From: Candidatus Krumholzibacteriota bacterium
GTDB taxonomy: Bacteria; Krumholzibacteriota; Krumholzibacteriia; JAJRXK01
Length of the DNA stretch: 64,000 bases
NCBI GenBank assembly: GCA_963806035.1
Contig: CAWDWO010000033.1
Span: forward strand, 1 to 64,000
Direction: 5' to 3'
The number at the start of each line of letters is the position of its first letter. The first letter of the stretch is position 1. This document shows, piece by piece, positions 32,932 through 42,159 of this stretch. Below the pieces are notes generated by a model. It saw nothing but the letters and a program-made list of their open reading frames with translations, was not told the DNA's origin and made no database searches. Position numbers and translations under genes: made by a program.

Positions 32932-33657
32932 ATGTCATTTCAAGGTTTCCGCGCGGAATCCTTCCAATTTTTTCGCGAGCTGACGCTCAACAACCACCGT
33001 CTCTGGTTCGAGTCCCAGCGTGAGGTCTACGAGGAGTTCGTGCTGACTCCCTTCGCGGAGTTGGAGCAGGAGCTCGCGCCCTTCATGCTGGAACTCAACG
33101 GGAGCTTCAAGCCGGGTGAGACCGCGGAGGAGCACCTGAGCCGGATCGAGCTCACGGGGGAACTGCCGCCGGAGGGTCCGCACTACAAGACCAGCCTCTA
33201 TCAGTTCTGGTGGAACGCGGAGATTCCGCGCCTCTGCGACGGTCACCTGCACGTCGGCATCGGAGCCGACGCGGTGACCCTGGGCTTCTCCATCTATGAC
33301 TGGTCCTACGACAAAGGGCGCATGCGCGAGGTATTCAAACCGCGCCTCCGCGGACATCTCTCCCTTCTGGACGACTACATCAAGGCAAATTACCTGCGTC
33401 GCGGATTCGAATTCCGCCGTTTCGTGCGCGGCGCGGGCCGCCTGGGCCTGCGCGAGGGCGAGGCCTTTCCCGGTCGGGGCGCCCAGTGGCAGGACACTTT
33501 GGGATGGGTGGTGAGCCGGCAGATTCACGAGAATTCCTCCCGCCTGACCCCGGGCTCTTTCGTCACCGAATGCAAGAGCACTTTCGAGAGACTCTATCCT
33601 CTCTATGTGTTCTCCAGTGACATGAGACCGGATTGGCGAGACGCGCTGCAGGTCTGA
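32932..33657 (+). CDS. DUF2461 family protein
   Basis: N-terminus F.GF..ESFQFFRELTLNNHRLWFE..REVYE..V..P and PHYKT motif. Confidence 0.7.
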   Translation: MSFQGFRAESFQFFRELTLNNHRLWFESQREVYEEFVLTPFAELEQELAPFMLELNGSFKPGETAEEHLSRIELTGELPPEGPHYKTSLYQFWWNAEIPRLCDGHLHVGIGADAVTLGFSIYDWSYDKGRMREVFKPRLRGHLSLLDDYIKANYLRRGFEFRRFVRGAGRLGLREGEAFPGRGAQWQDTLGWVVSRQIHENSSRLTPGSFVTECKSTFERLYPLYVFSSDMRPDWRDALQV

Positions 33658-33699
33658 GCTTCAGGCCGCCCGGGAGCGGCGAGGGCCTGTGCGCTGCCC

Positions 33700-34659
33700 T
33701 CAGCGCCGGTCGCGGTCCAGCCCCCGCGACAAGAACGCGAGCACCAGGCCCCAGGCGCTTCCCAGCGCCAGACTCTGCGAGACGATACGCCACAGAAGCG
33801 CGCCTCCCGTGGGGCCAGGCGCTGCCCCCGCGCTCGCGTGCGCGCGCTGGCTGAGAAGCATGGTGCCCATCCCCATCCCCAGCCGCGCGAGCACGAAGAA
33901 GATCAAGGTGAGAATGATGGCGGAGGAAAGGGCGACGCTCGCCCCATAGATCACGGGCAAGAGGTAGCGCTCGATGCGCGTGCCCGAACGCCGGGGGAGA
34001 AGCGGATGAAGAAGGAGACCCATCACCCCCGCGATGATCGTCCCCAGAATCAACGCGAAGCCGAGCGAATCCCGCCCCATGTCCTGCAGCCAGAATTTGG
34101 CGGAGGCGGGCGAAAGCAACGCGGTCAGGCCCGCCGCGCTGAGGACGAAGAGCATGGCCACCAGGGGCGGCAGGATTCTCTCCGTACTCTCGTCGCGGAA
34201 ACGGAAATCCACCAGGATGCGCCCGTCGATGAAGCGGCGCCCTTGTTCGGTGAAGCCGCAGGCCCGGTAACACTTCAAGGCGGCCGGGTTGTCCTCGAAG
34301 GCGCTGATCCGCACTTCGCGCGCGTGCAGGCTTTCCATGGCGTGCTTGAGCAGGGCCCCCACCAGATTGCGCCCGTTTCCCACGCCCCGGCGTCGCGGAT
34401 GCACCATGACGTGCCCGATCCAATAGGAGTCGCGCTCTTCGTGGTTTTCATTCAGCTCCCCGTAGGCCACGATTCGCCCATTGGACTCGAGCACGAATCC
34501 GCTGCCGCGTTCGCGCATCCACTGCGTCACCATTTCCTCGTCCAGGGGGGCCATTTCGCGGGGCGCGGCCTGGCGCATGTCCTCGGCGGAGGGAGAGAGT
34601 TCGGCGATGACGGGCACATCGTCGAAAGTGGCGGGGCGAACGTGGACTTCATTCATCAT
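33700..34659 (-). CDS. GNAT N-acetyltransferase fused to a 4-TM membrane domain
   Basis: VRPATFDD, VMVHPRRRGVGNGRNL, N.AALKCYRACGF, then four hydrophobic helices. Confidence 0.8.
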   Translation of the reverse strand: MMNEVHVRPATFDDVPVIAELSPSAEDMRQAAPREMAPLDEEMVTQWMRERGSGFVLESNGRIVAYGELNENHEERDSYWIGHVMVHPRRRGVGNGRNLVGALLKHAMESLHAREVRISAFEDNPAALKCYRACGFTEQGRRFIDGRILVDFRFRDESTERILPPLVAMLFVLSAAGLTALLSPASAKFWLQDMGRDSLGFALILGTIIAGVMGLLLHPLLPRRSGTRIERYLLPVIYGASVALSSAIILTLIFFVLARLGMGMGTMLLSQRAHASAGAAPGPTGGALLWRIVSQSLALGSAWGLVLAFLSRGLDRDRR

Positions 34660-34687
34660 TTCAATTCTACGCTAGAGAGGTAGAGCG

Positions 34688-35521
34688 GTGCAGCAAAAGG
34701 ATCATTTTCAAAGCGGGGATTATCGCAGCCTGATCGATTGGGCGCCCCGCCTGCGACGCGAGGCCCCCTTCCTCGCCGAGGTCTTCGGCCCCCCCCAAGA
34801 GGGAACCATCGTCGACCTGGGCTGTGGCACGGGCGAACATGCCCGTTGGTTGGCCTCGGTGGGCTGGCACGCGCTCGGAGTTGATTCCTCGGAGAAGCAA
34901 ATCGAAAGCGCGCGCTCCTACGAGGGGGAATTCGGCGTGCGTGGACCCTACTTCCGGCAGGCCGACATGCTCGAGCTGGACGAGGTCTGCGCGTGGGCGA
35001 AGGAGAATTCCGGCCTGCCCCGTGCCGCCCTTCCCGAGGGCCGCGAATTCGCGGGTGCCCTCTGCGTGGGCAACGTCTTTCCCTATTTCGAAGAAGAGGA
35101 GCTCGCGCCGCGCCTGGCCGCCCTCGCCCGCCACCTTGCCCCCGGCGCCCCCCTCCTGGTGCAACTTCTGAACTACCAGCGCATCCGCGCCAAGGACGTG
35201 CGCAGCCTACCGTTGAACGTCCGTCCGGACCCGGAGAATCCCCAGGGGGAGATCGTGTGGTTGCGGCTGTTGTCGGTCGCCGACGAAAAGCATCTCTGGT
35301 TCCATCCCGCGACCCTACAATTTCGCCCCGGCGAGGAGGAGCCCCTCCAGTTGCGGTCGGCGCGCAGCATTCGCGTGAGGAGTTGGACGGCGGACGAACT
35401 CGAGGCCCACTTGAAGGACGCAGGATTTAGCGCTTTCACGCGTTATGGTGGGATGAACCGCGACAAGTTCGTCGAGGAGGAGAGTCACGATCTCGTCTTC
35501 ACCGCCCTCGGTCCTGGATGA
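34688..35521 (+). CDS. Class I SAM-dependent methyltransferase
   Basis: IVDLGCGTGEH, GVDSS, ADM, LCVGNVFPY, L.PGA motifs. Confidence 0.88.
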   Translation: MQQKDHFQSGDYRSLIDWAPRLRREAPFLAEVFGPPQEGTIVDLGCGTGEHARWLASVGWHALGVDSSEKQIESARSYEGEFGVRGPYFRQADMLELDEVCAWAKENSGLPRAALPEGREFAGALCVGNVFPYFEEEELAPRLAALARHLAPGAPLLVQLLNYQRIRAKDVRSLPLNVRPDPENPQGEIVWLRLLSVADEKHLWFHPATLQFRPGEEEPLQLRSARSIRVRSWTADELEAHLKDAGFSAFTRYGGMNRDKFVEEESHDLVFTALGPG

Positions 35522-35528
35522 GAAGAGC

Positions 35529-36113
35529 ATGACGGGAAACGAGCGCTCCTTGCACGATGACGAACTCGTGGCGCGGGTGGCCGCGGGCGACGAGACGGCT
35601 CTGCGCCTGCTCGTCGATCGCTGGCAGCGGCCGGTGTTCGCGTTCTTCTTGCGTTGCCTGGGCAACGAAGAGGACGCGCGCGATCTCGCGCAGGAGTGCT
35701 TTCTCAGACTCTACCGCCACGCCTCGGGCTATGAGGCCAAGGGGCGCTTCCGCTCCTGGTTGTTCCGCATCGCGGGAAACCTCTGCCGTTCACGGCTCCG
35801 CCGGCGCCGTATCCTGCGTTGGCTTCCACTCAACGAGGAACTCTCTTCGGTGGGGCCCGCCGCGCCGCGATCCTTCGAGGCGGATGCGAGGCAGGAAAGC
35901 CACGAGATTGGCCGCGCCATCGAGGAGTGCGTGGCGGAGCTGCCCGAACGTCAACGTCTAGCCTTCGGCTTGCGTCACGAAGGCAATCTCTCCTACCGCG
36001 AGATCGGCAAACTACTGCACGCGAGTGAATCCGCCGTCGAGTCGCTCCTGGTGAGAGCAACCCGACATTTACAGGAGTGCCTGCGCGCGAAGGGCTTTGG
36101 GGACGATTTTTGA
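35529..36113 (+). CDS. ECF RNA polymerase sigma factor
   Basis: DDELV...GDETA, DARDLAQECF, FRSWLFRIAGN, LPERQR...LSYREI...VESLLVRA. Confidence 0.93.
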   Translation: MTGNERSLHDDELVARVAAGDETALRLLVDRWQRPVFAFFLRCLGNEEDARDLAQECFLRLYRHASGYEAKGRFRSWLFRIAGNLCRSRLRRRRILRWLPLNEELSSVGPAAPRSFEADARQESHEIGRAIEECVAELPERQRLAFGLRHEGNLSYREIGKLLHASESAVESLLVRATRHLQECLRAKGFGDDF

Positions 36114-36170
36114 AACCCCGCGCAGGATCCGCTGCGCACGCGCGTTGGGTATGGATGAAAGGTGAGAACG

Positions 36171-36605
36171 ATGAAGCCGCACGAACACCCTCCACGCCTC
36201 TTGGCCTATCTCGACCGGCAGCTGTCGGATCGACAGAGCGAAGCGGTGGAGAAACATTTGGCCGCGTGCGCGGAATGTCGGCGCGAGCTTCAATCTCTCC
36301 GCGCGCTGCAGATGCATCTCGACGAAGCCCTTGAGTCTTTCGAGTTGGATCTGTGGCCGGACATCGCGGCGCGACTTCCCGCACGGAGCCGCACGCGAGG
36401 AATGTATCGTCTGGGATACGCGCTCTTGGTGTTGGTGGGTTTGGGGTTGGGGGCATTCGCGGGCTGGACGAGCGCCGGCGGAAGAAGTACCTCGAGTTCT
36501 CTCGATTATTTGGCGGAGAGCTCGCTCTTGGATTCACCGCAGGCTTCGTTCAGCGAAACCTATCTGGCTGCGCTCAGTGATGGAGATGCGGAGGTGGGGC
36601 AGTGA
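36171..36605 (+). CDS. Zinc-finger (zf-HC2) anti-sigma factor
   Basis: LLAYLD.QL...VEKHLAACAEC and a TM helix. Confidence 0.88.
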   Translation: MKPHEHPPRLLAYLDRQLSDRQSEAVEKHLAACAECRRELQSLRALQMHLDEALESFELDLWPDIAARLPARSRTRGMYRLGYALLVLVGLGLGAFAGWTSAGGRSTSSSLDYLAESSLLDSPQASFSETYLAALSDGDAEVGQ

Positions 36606-37123
36606 AGCGACTCGCGCAACTTGCCCTCGTGCTCTCGCTCGCCATCAACGTTGGCTTCGGGCTGGCTTGGCTCGGACACCGTCGCGCACCCCTGGATTCG
36701 GCTCCCGAAGCACGCCACGAGTTTCATCGTAGAACACCAGACGGTGATCAAGTCGCACCTCGATCGCACGGGGCGTGGGCCTCGCGGCGAACGAGGTGGC
36801 TCGATCGTCATCTGCACCTGGATCCCAAGAGAAGAGAAGATCTGCGTGGATCTCTCCTTCCTTTGGAACCGGAGATGGTCGACACGAGACACAAACTCGA
36901 AGAAGCACGCAGAGAGTTTGCTCAACAACTGCGAGAACCGGTTCCCGATCGTGAAACCGTGCTCGCAACTCACGAAGAGATCAGTCAGCTCCAAACGCGA
37001 CTGGACAGTCTGGTGACAGAAGCGCTGCTCAAGGAAGCACAGTTTCTCAGGCCAGAGGAACGGCGCAAGCCCGGAGCTTGGTTTCCCCGCCGACGGGGTA
37101 CGAATGAAGGAGGAAGACGATGA
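36602..37123 (+). CDS. Periplasmic heavy-metal sensor / Spy-like protein
   Basis: LVLSLAINVGF anchor, LHLDPK.R and L.PEER (LTxxQ-like) motifs. Confidence 0.75.
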   Translation: MKRLAQLALVLSLAINVGFGLAWLGHRRAPLDSAPEARHEFHRRTPDGDQVAPRSHGAWASRRTRWLDRHLHLDPKRREDLRGSLLPLEPEMVDTRHKLEEARREFAQQLREPVPDRETVLATHEEISQLQTRLDSLVTEALLKEAQFLRPEERRKPGAWFPRRRGTNEGGRR

Positions 37124-37677
37124 AGACGAACAGAAGCTGGGCCGCGGCCATTGCCGGACTTGCCCTCTTGGCAATCCTCGTTCCTGCGGCAGTCTATTCA
37201 CAAACCGCGCCGGCACCGCCGGCTCCCCGGGGCCCGGCGTGGGCTCAAGGCGGTGAGAATGCTCCCCGCGCGTTCTTCCGCCAGACGATGATCGAGAAGC
37301 TGGGGCTCAGCGAAGAACAGCAGAGCGCGTTCGCCGAGCTGCGCTTGAAGAACCAACAGGAGCAGATTCGTTTGCGCGGCGAGCTGGCCAACGCCAAGGC
37401 CGAGCTCAAGGCCCTTCTGCTCGATCCGGAAGCAAACCGCAGTGCGGTCTTGCGGGCCGGCGACAAAATCGAGCAGCTGCGGGCGCAGAAGGCAAAGGCG
37501 CGTCTGAGCCACCAGATGGACGTGCGCGAACTCTTGACCAAAGAGCAGCGCGCGCAGTGGGTGCAGATGCGCGGCGATCATCAGCGGCATGGAGAATGGG
37601 GAGGGCGTGGTGGAGGACATCACATGCGCGATCGTGCGCCCCGCATGCACCAGCGTGGGCCGCGCGCTGATGGCTAA
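37120..37677 (+). CDS. Spy/CpxP family periplasmic chaperone
   Basis: Signal peptide, LGLSEEQ and LLTKEQRA LTxxQ motifs. Confidence 0.85.
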   Translation: MKTNRSWAAAIAGLALLAILVPAAVYSQTAPAPPAPRGPAWAQGGENAPRAFFRQTMIEKLGLSEEQQSAFAELRLKNQQEQIRLRGELANAKAELKALLLDPEANRSAVLRAGDKIEQLRAQKAKARLSHQMDVRELLTKEQRAQWVQMRGDHQRHGEWGGRGGGHHMRDRAPRMHQRGPRADG

Positions 37678-37703
37678 GCCGTGAACGCCTGACTTGGCGA
37701 AAC

Positions 37704-37742
37704 GAAAAGGCCCCGCACCTTTCGGTGCGGGGCCTTTTTTTG
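37704..37742 (+). terminator. Rho-independent terminator (probably bidirectional)
   Basis: AAAAGGCCCCGCACC-TTTC-GGTGCGGGGCCTTTTTTT. Confidence 0.9.
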
Positions 37743-37782
37743 TCTCAACTCGTCGCGCGCCGCGCGCGCGAATCGCGTGAGT

Positions 37783-38490
37783 TTAGAAGCGGGACTTCAT
37801 CGCACCCCAGCTGGTTTCCTCGCTGGGAATGGTGCACGAAGGACTGTTGTCGGCACCGGGAGTGTCGAGGGTCCCCGAAGCAACGGAGCAAACGGGTTCG
37901 CCGCTCGCGCCGAAGGGGCCGATCTGCCAGGTGCTGCCGCAACGGAAGATGTGTCCGGGAACGTAGCTGCCGTCCGGACCCACCTGCGTCGAGGAGTAGA
38001 CGAGATCGCCGGAGCCGACGGTCTCGATGAACGCAACGCTGTCCTCGATGGTGCTCCAGGGCGTGGCATCCAGAACACCGTCATCGTCGGTGTCCAGGTC
38101 GTCGCCGTTGGTACCGGTGAAGCCGGTGACCAGCAAGTGCGTCACGTTGTCGCTGTTCTCGAAGTTCAGCGTGAGGTCGACGTCGTAGCCAGTGCAATCG
38201 CCAACCGTACCCGACTTGTGAACGGCCAGGAAGCCGTCGGCCTGGATGCTCTGGCCGGTGAGGTCGGTCACGTTCTCGATGACACCACTGCCGCCGGCAC
38301 CGTCACCGATGACGAGGTAGGTGTAACCGTCGAGCGATTGTCCCGGGGTTCCGGCGAGTTCGAAGTACTCGTCGTTGTCGGCGCCATCGTCGTCGATGCG
38401 GATCTCGTTGATCACGACGGCGTGCGCCACCGCGGGCACGATCAGGCACAGGGCGCAGATGCCCAAGATGATTTTCTGGAACAAGTTCAT
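37783..38490 (-). CDS. Secreted lamin-tail-like domain protein with C-terminal WG tail
   Basis: Signal peptide, VVINEI..D..G.D..EYFEL, TPG..N. Ends IPSEETSWGAMKSRF. Confidence 0.8.
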   Translation of the reverse strand: MNLFQKIILGICALCLIVPAVAHAVVINEIRIDDDGADNDEYFELAGTPGQSLDGYTYLVIGDGAGGSGVIENVTDLTGQSIQADGFLAVHKSGTVGDCTGYDVDLTLNFENSDNVTHLLVTGFTGTNGDDLDTDDDGVLDATPWSTIEDSVAFIETVGSGDLVYSSTQVGPDGSYVPGHIFRCGSTWQIGPFGASGEPVCSVASGTLDTPGADNSPSCTIPSEETSWGAMKSRF

Positions 38491-38771
38491 GGGTGCATAG
38501 CCTCCTCATTGCCCGCTGGCCGACGACCAAGGATAGGCATCGGAGCGTTTCGGGCAGAATTCAGGAATACGCGGCCTTCAAGGCCGACCCAAGTATAGCA
38601 AGTCTTCGTGGGGGACTACAATCAGTCCGGCAAGTTTTTATCCGGAAGGCCCTAGCAGGCGTCGGGCGGGGTCCGGGCGTGGGCCCGGACCCTCATGGGC
38701 CATGCTCGGGAGCAACGGGCCAGTTCTGGCTCTCATGGGGCTTCGAAAGGGAGTGGCGCCCCGCCGAGGCC

Positions 38772-39236
38772 TCAGGAGTTGGTCAGCTTCTGCTTCTGAC
38801 CGGATCCCATGGGCTGCGGAGTGGTCGAGGCCGGCCCGCTCTTGATCTCGCGCTCCTCGCTGCCCACCGGGCGCTTGCCCATGGAGCAGGAGCCCTCGAA
38901 GACCACACCCTCGTCGATGACGAGACGGCGCGTCTTGATGTCGCCCTCCAGCGTGCTGCCGGACTGTAGCTCGATCTTGTCGTCCGCGGTGATGTTGCCG
39001 TCAACGCGCCCTCCCACGACCGCGTTCTTGGCGAAGATCTCGCCCTTCACCACTCCCGTCTTCCCCACCACGAGGTTTTCGGGTTTACGGATCGTGCCCT
39101 CGAACTCGCCTTCGACGCGCAGCGTACCTTGAACCTCGACCTCTCCCTTGAAGCGGCAGCCTTTGGCGAGGATCGAGGTGGCATTTGGATCATCTTGTTT
39201 CATCGGAACCTCAGCTTCGTTTTCTTTACCGAACAT
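38772..39236 (-). CDS. Bactofilin (polymer-forming cytoskeletal protein)
   Basis: SILAKGCRFKGEV...LRVEG.FEG...V.G.V.GNI...L.GDI....LVIDEG..FEG beta-helix. Confidence 0.93.
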   Translation of the reverse strand: MFGKENEAEVPMKQDDPNATSILAKGCRFKGEVEVQGTLRVEGEFEGTIRKPENLVVGKTGVVKGEIFAKNAVVGGRVDGNITADDKIELQSGSTLEGDIKTRRLVIDEGVVFEGSCSMGKRPVGSEEREIKSGPASTTPQPMGSGQKQKLTNS

Positions 39237-39262
39237 CTGCTTCCCTCCGCGCGAATGCGCGC

Positions 39263-40057
39263 CTAAGGCGACTTGGGTGCCAGGTACTGTCGCGGATCGA
39301 CAGACTTTCCGTCGAGACGGATTTCGAAATGTAGATGCGGTGCACTACTGCGTCCAGTGTTGCCCAGACGGGCAATCACCTGACCCTGATCCACCGATTG
39401 CCCGACCTGCACGAGCAAGCGCTGGTTGTGACCGTACAGGGTACTATAGCCGAAGCCATGGTCGATGACGATATAGTTGCCCAGCGATTCGTCATAACTT
39501 GCCTCCACCACCTTCCCCCGGCCCGCGGCGTGAACCGGCGCCCCATTGGGTGCCACCAGATCCAGGCCGGGGTGACCGTCGTGTCCCTTCTCCGATTGGT
39601 AGAATTCCTTGGACACGTAACCTTCTACAGGCCAACGGGTTGGGGCGTGGGAACGCAGCGCGGCCGCCGCCTCGAGATGGTTCACCCCGAGCAGCTCCAG
39701 GCTGGCGCTGCGGTTGGCCCGGGTGAGCGAACTGTCGGGCAGCTGCGCGCTCTCTCGTCCCTCCACCCCCAGCATGGTCAATACCTGCGCCTTCAGGGCG
39801 GTCAGGTTCTCAATTTCGCGATTGAGGTGGTCGATGGTGGCCACCTGGCGCCGCAGATCCCGGTTCTCCTGTTCGAGCGCGTCGGCGTGACGCGCATGAC
39901 CGAGAACTCGCGAGTAGTTCACCATGAAGACGAGCACGGTCAGCGCGAAGACGGCGAGCAGGATCGCGGTGGCCAGGGCGAGACCCCGCGAAACCGTGTA
40001 CTGCCGCGTCCGAGAGTGGTCGGCAGGCACGATGATGATGTTCCAGGATCGATTCAT
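39263..40057 (-). CDS. M23 family metallopeptidase with N-terminal TM and coiled coil
   Basis: HPGLD, GNYIVIDHG, YGH, GNTGRSSAPHLHFEI. Confidence 0.93.
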   Translation of the reverse strand: MNRSWNIIIVPADHSRTRQYTVSRGLALATAILLAVFALTVLVFMVNYSRVLGHARHADALEQENRDLRRQVATIDHLNREIENLTALKAQVLTMLGVEGRESAQLPDSSLTRANRSASLELLGVNHLEAAAALRSHAPTRWPVEGYVSKEFYQSEKGHDGHPGLDLVAPNGAPVHAAGRGKVVEASYDESLGNYIVIDHGFGYSTLYGHNQRLLVQVGQSVDQGQVIARLGNTGRSSAPHLHFEIRLDGKSVDPRQYLAPKSP

Positions 40058-40191
40058 CCCTCGACCACCCACGAAGAGCCGCCCCGACTGCCGGGGCGAA
40101 GGGGAGTTTCGTTCCGTCGGCGGTGCGCGTCAAGTCCCGCGCGCGTCGCGGCGGAGTCCTCCGCGCCCAGGCCCCCCCGCCCTCGCCGGGC

Positions 40192-40287
40192 TGGGGATAA
40201 GTTGGGGAGAAAGTCTGTGGATATCTCAGGGGATAGCCGCTAATTTGTTTTATTATAACTTATTACAAGGATAAATTGTTTTCCCCG
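40192..40287. promoter_or_regulatory. DnaA-box cluster with AT-rich segment
   Basis: TGGGGATAA (40192), TGGGGAGAA (40203), TGTGGATAT (40216), AGGGGATAG (40228), TTTTCCCCG (40279). AT-rich at 40241-40280. Confidence 0.55.
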
Positions 40288-40339
40288 ATTGCGCGGTGAC
40301 GATCCGGGCCAGATCGCCCAATACCTTGCAATCGACAGA

Positions 40340-41254
40340 CTAGAGTTGGGTGTCGATTCCCATGCGCTCCAAGATCCCCTCGAGCTCCGCGTCGGAAAAG
40401 AAGGGAATTTCGAGTCGGCCGCGCTCTCCCCGGCGATGGATGCGGGCTGCCGTCCCCAGATGATGGCGCAGTCGCTCTTCCAAGGCTCGCACCGCGGCAC
40501 TCTGAGGTTCATCGCGCCGCCGGCGTCGGCGCCGGCTGCTCGCGGTGCTGCTCAGGGAGATGAGGCGCCGCGCCTCGCGCTCCAGTGCACGCACCGAGAG
40601 TCCTTTCTGCGCCGTGTGGCGCGCCAAACGCACCCTGGCCTGCGAATCCTCGACCGAGAGCAGGGCGCGCGCATGCCCCATGGTCAACTGTCCCGCATCC
40701 ATCAACTCGTGGATGGCGGGTTCCAGTTGCAAGAGACGCAGCATGTTGCTGATCGTACTGCGGCTCTTCCCCAAAACACTGGCCAGCTCCTGGTGGCTGG
40801 CATCCAGCGCGCGCATGATCTCGCGGTAGGCCTCCGCTTCCTCGAGCGGGCTCAGGTCTTCCCGCTGGATGTTCTCCAGCAAGGCGAGTTTCATCGATTC
40901 TGTCTCTTCCAGGCTGCACACCAGGGCCGGAATCTCGCGCAACCCGGCGCGGGCCGCCGCTCGCAGGCGCCTTTCACCGGCCACCAGCTCGAAGCCCTCG
41001 GCGGTGCGGCGCACCAAAACCGGTTGCAAGACCCCGTTCTGGCGGATGGACTCGCTCAGTTCCTCCAGCGCCGACTCGTCCATGTGGTGGCGGGGCTGGT
41101 GCGGATTGGGCCGCAGATCCTCCAGGGGCAGCATGCTGGCCTGCCGCTCTCCCAACCAGGCCGGAGTGGCCTTCTCCAGGCGCTGCGCCGCCGCGGGAGC
41201 CACGGAATTCCCGATGAGGGCGGACAGACCTTTACCCAAGACTCGCTTCGCCAT
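40340..41254 (-). CDS. parB: ParB/Spo0J partition protein
   Basis: LGKGLSALI, NPHQPR, GVLQPVLVR, AGERRLRA, ENIQREDL. Confidence 0.97.
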   Translation of the reverse strand: MAKRVLGKGLSALIGNSVAPAAAQRLEKATPAWLGERQASMLPLEDLRPNPHQPRHHMDESALEELSESIRQNGVLQPVLVRRTAEGFELVAGERRLRAAARAGLREIPALVCSLEETESMKLALLENIQREDLSPLEEAEAYREIMRALDASHQELASVLGKSRSTISNMLRLLQLEPAIHELMDAGQLTMGHARALLSVEDSQARVRLARHTAQKGLSVRALEREARRLISLSSTASSRRRRRRRDEPQSAAVRALEERLRHHLGTAARIHRRGERGRLEIPFFSDAELEGILERMGIDTQL

Positions 41255-42008
41255 TGCGCATCACTTCCTTCGCCAGATTGAGATAGCTCTGGGAGCCTCG
41301 ACTCTGGATGTCGTGCAGAAGGACCGGCTTCCCGAACGAGGGACTTTCTCCCAGGGTGACGTTGCGGGGAATGACGGTCTCGTAAACTGTTGCGCCAAAA
41401 TATTCTTTGGCTTCCTCCGCCACCTGGTTGCTGAGGCGCAAGCGCTGGTCGAACATCGTGAGCAGCACTCCCTCGATGCGGAGCTTCGGATTCAGGGTCT
41501 GCTGGACCAGGTTGATAGTGTTGAGCAGCTGGCTCAGACCCTCCAGGGCGTAGTATTCGCACTGAATGGGGATCAGCACCGCGTCGGCCGCGGTCAGCGC
41601 ATTGATGGTGAGCATTCCCAAGCTGGGCGGGGTGTCCAGAAGGATGAAATCGTAGCGCTCGCGCAGTCCGTCCAGGGCGCGCCGCAGGTAGCTCTCGCGA
41701 TCCTCTGCCTCCACGAGCTCCACCTCGGCTCCGCTGAGCCGCTGATCAGCCGGCATGAGGCTGAGGTAAGGGAGCTCCGTCTCGCGAATCAGGCCCTCCG
41801 CCACCCCGGCCCCGGCCAGAAATTCGTAACTGGTGAGGTCCTCCGGGCTCGGACGAACCCCCATGCCGCTGCTGGTGTTCCCCTGGGGATCGAAGTCCAG
41901 CAGCAGGACTCTCTTTTCGGCCACCGCCAGGCTGGCCCCCAGATTCACGACCGTGGTGGTCTTCCCCACCCCGCCCTTTTGATTGGAAATGGTGATGATG
42001 CGCGCCAT
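41232..42008 (-). CDS. parA: ParA/Soj ATPase
   Basis: NQKGGVGKTT, DPQGN, DTPPSLG, QCEYYALEG. Confidence 0.98.
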   Translation of the reverse strand: MARIITISNQKGGVGKTTTVVNLGASLAVAEKRVLLLDFDPQGNTSSGMGVRPSPEDLTSYEFLAGAGVAEGLIRETELPYLSLMPADQRLSGAEVELVEAEDRESYLRRALDGLRERYDFILLDTPPSLGMLTINALTAADAVLIPIQCEYYALEGLSQLLNTINLVQQTLNPKLRIEGVLLTMFDQRLRLSNQVAEEAKEYFGATVYETVIPRNVTLGESPSFGKPVLLHDIQSRGSQSYLNLAKEVMRNGEASLG

Positions 42009-42159
42009 GCTAGCTTCTCACTTGCGGCAGGCTTTTCCCCGGACACCGGGTCCGAACTGCGGGGCACTTTGGCACATGGTAGCTTAGAACCGCAAGATCT
42101 GAGATGAAAGGGGCGCATTTTGCCCAATTACGCCAGAAAACCGTGGCTATTTTGCGCGA

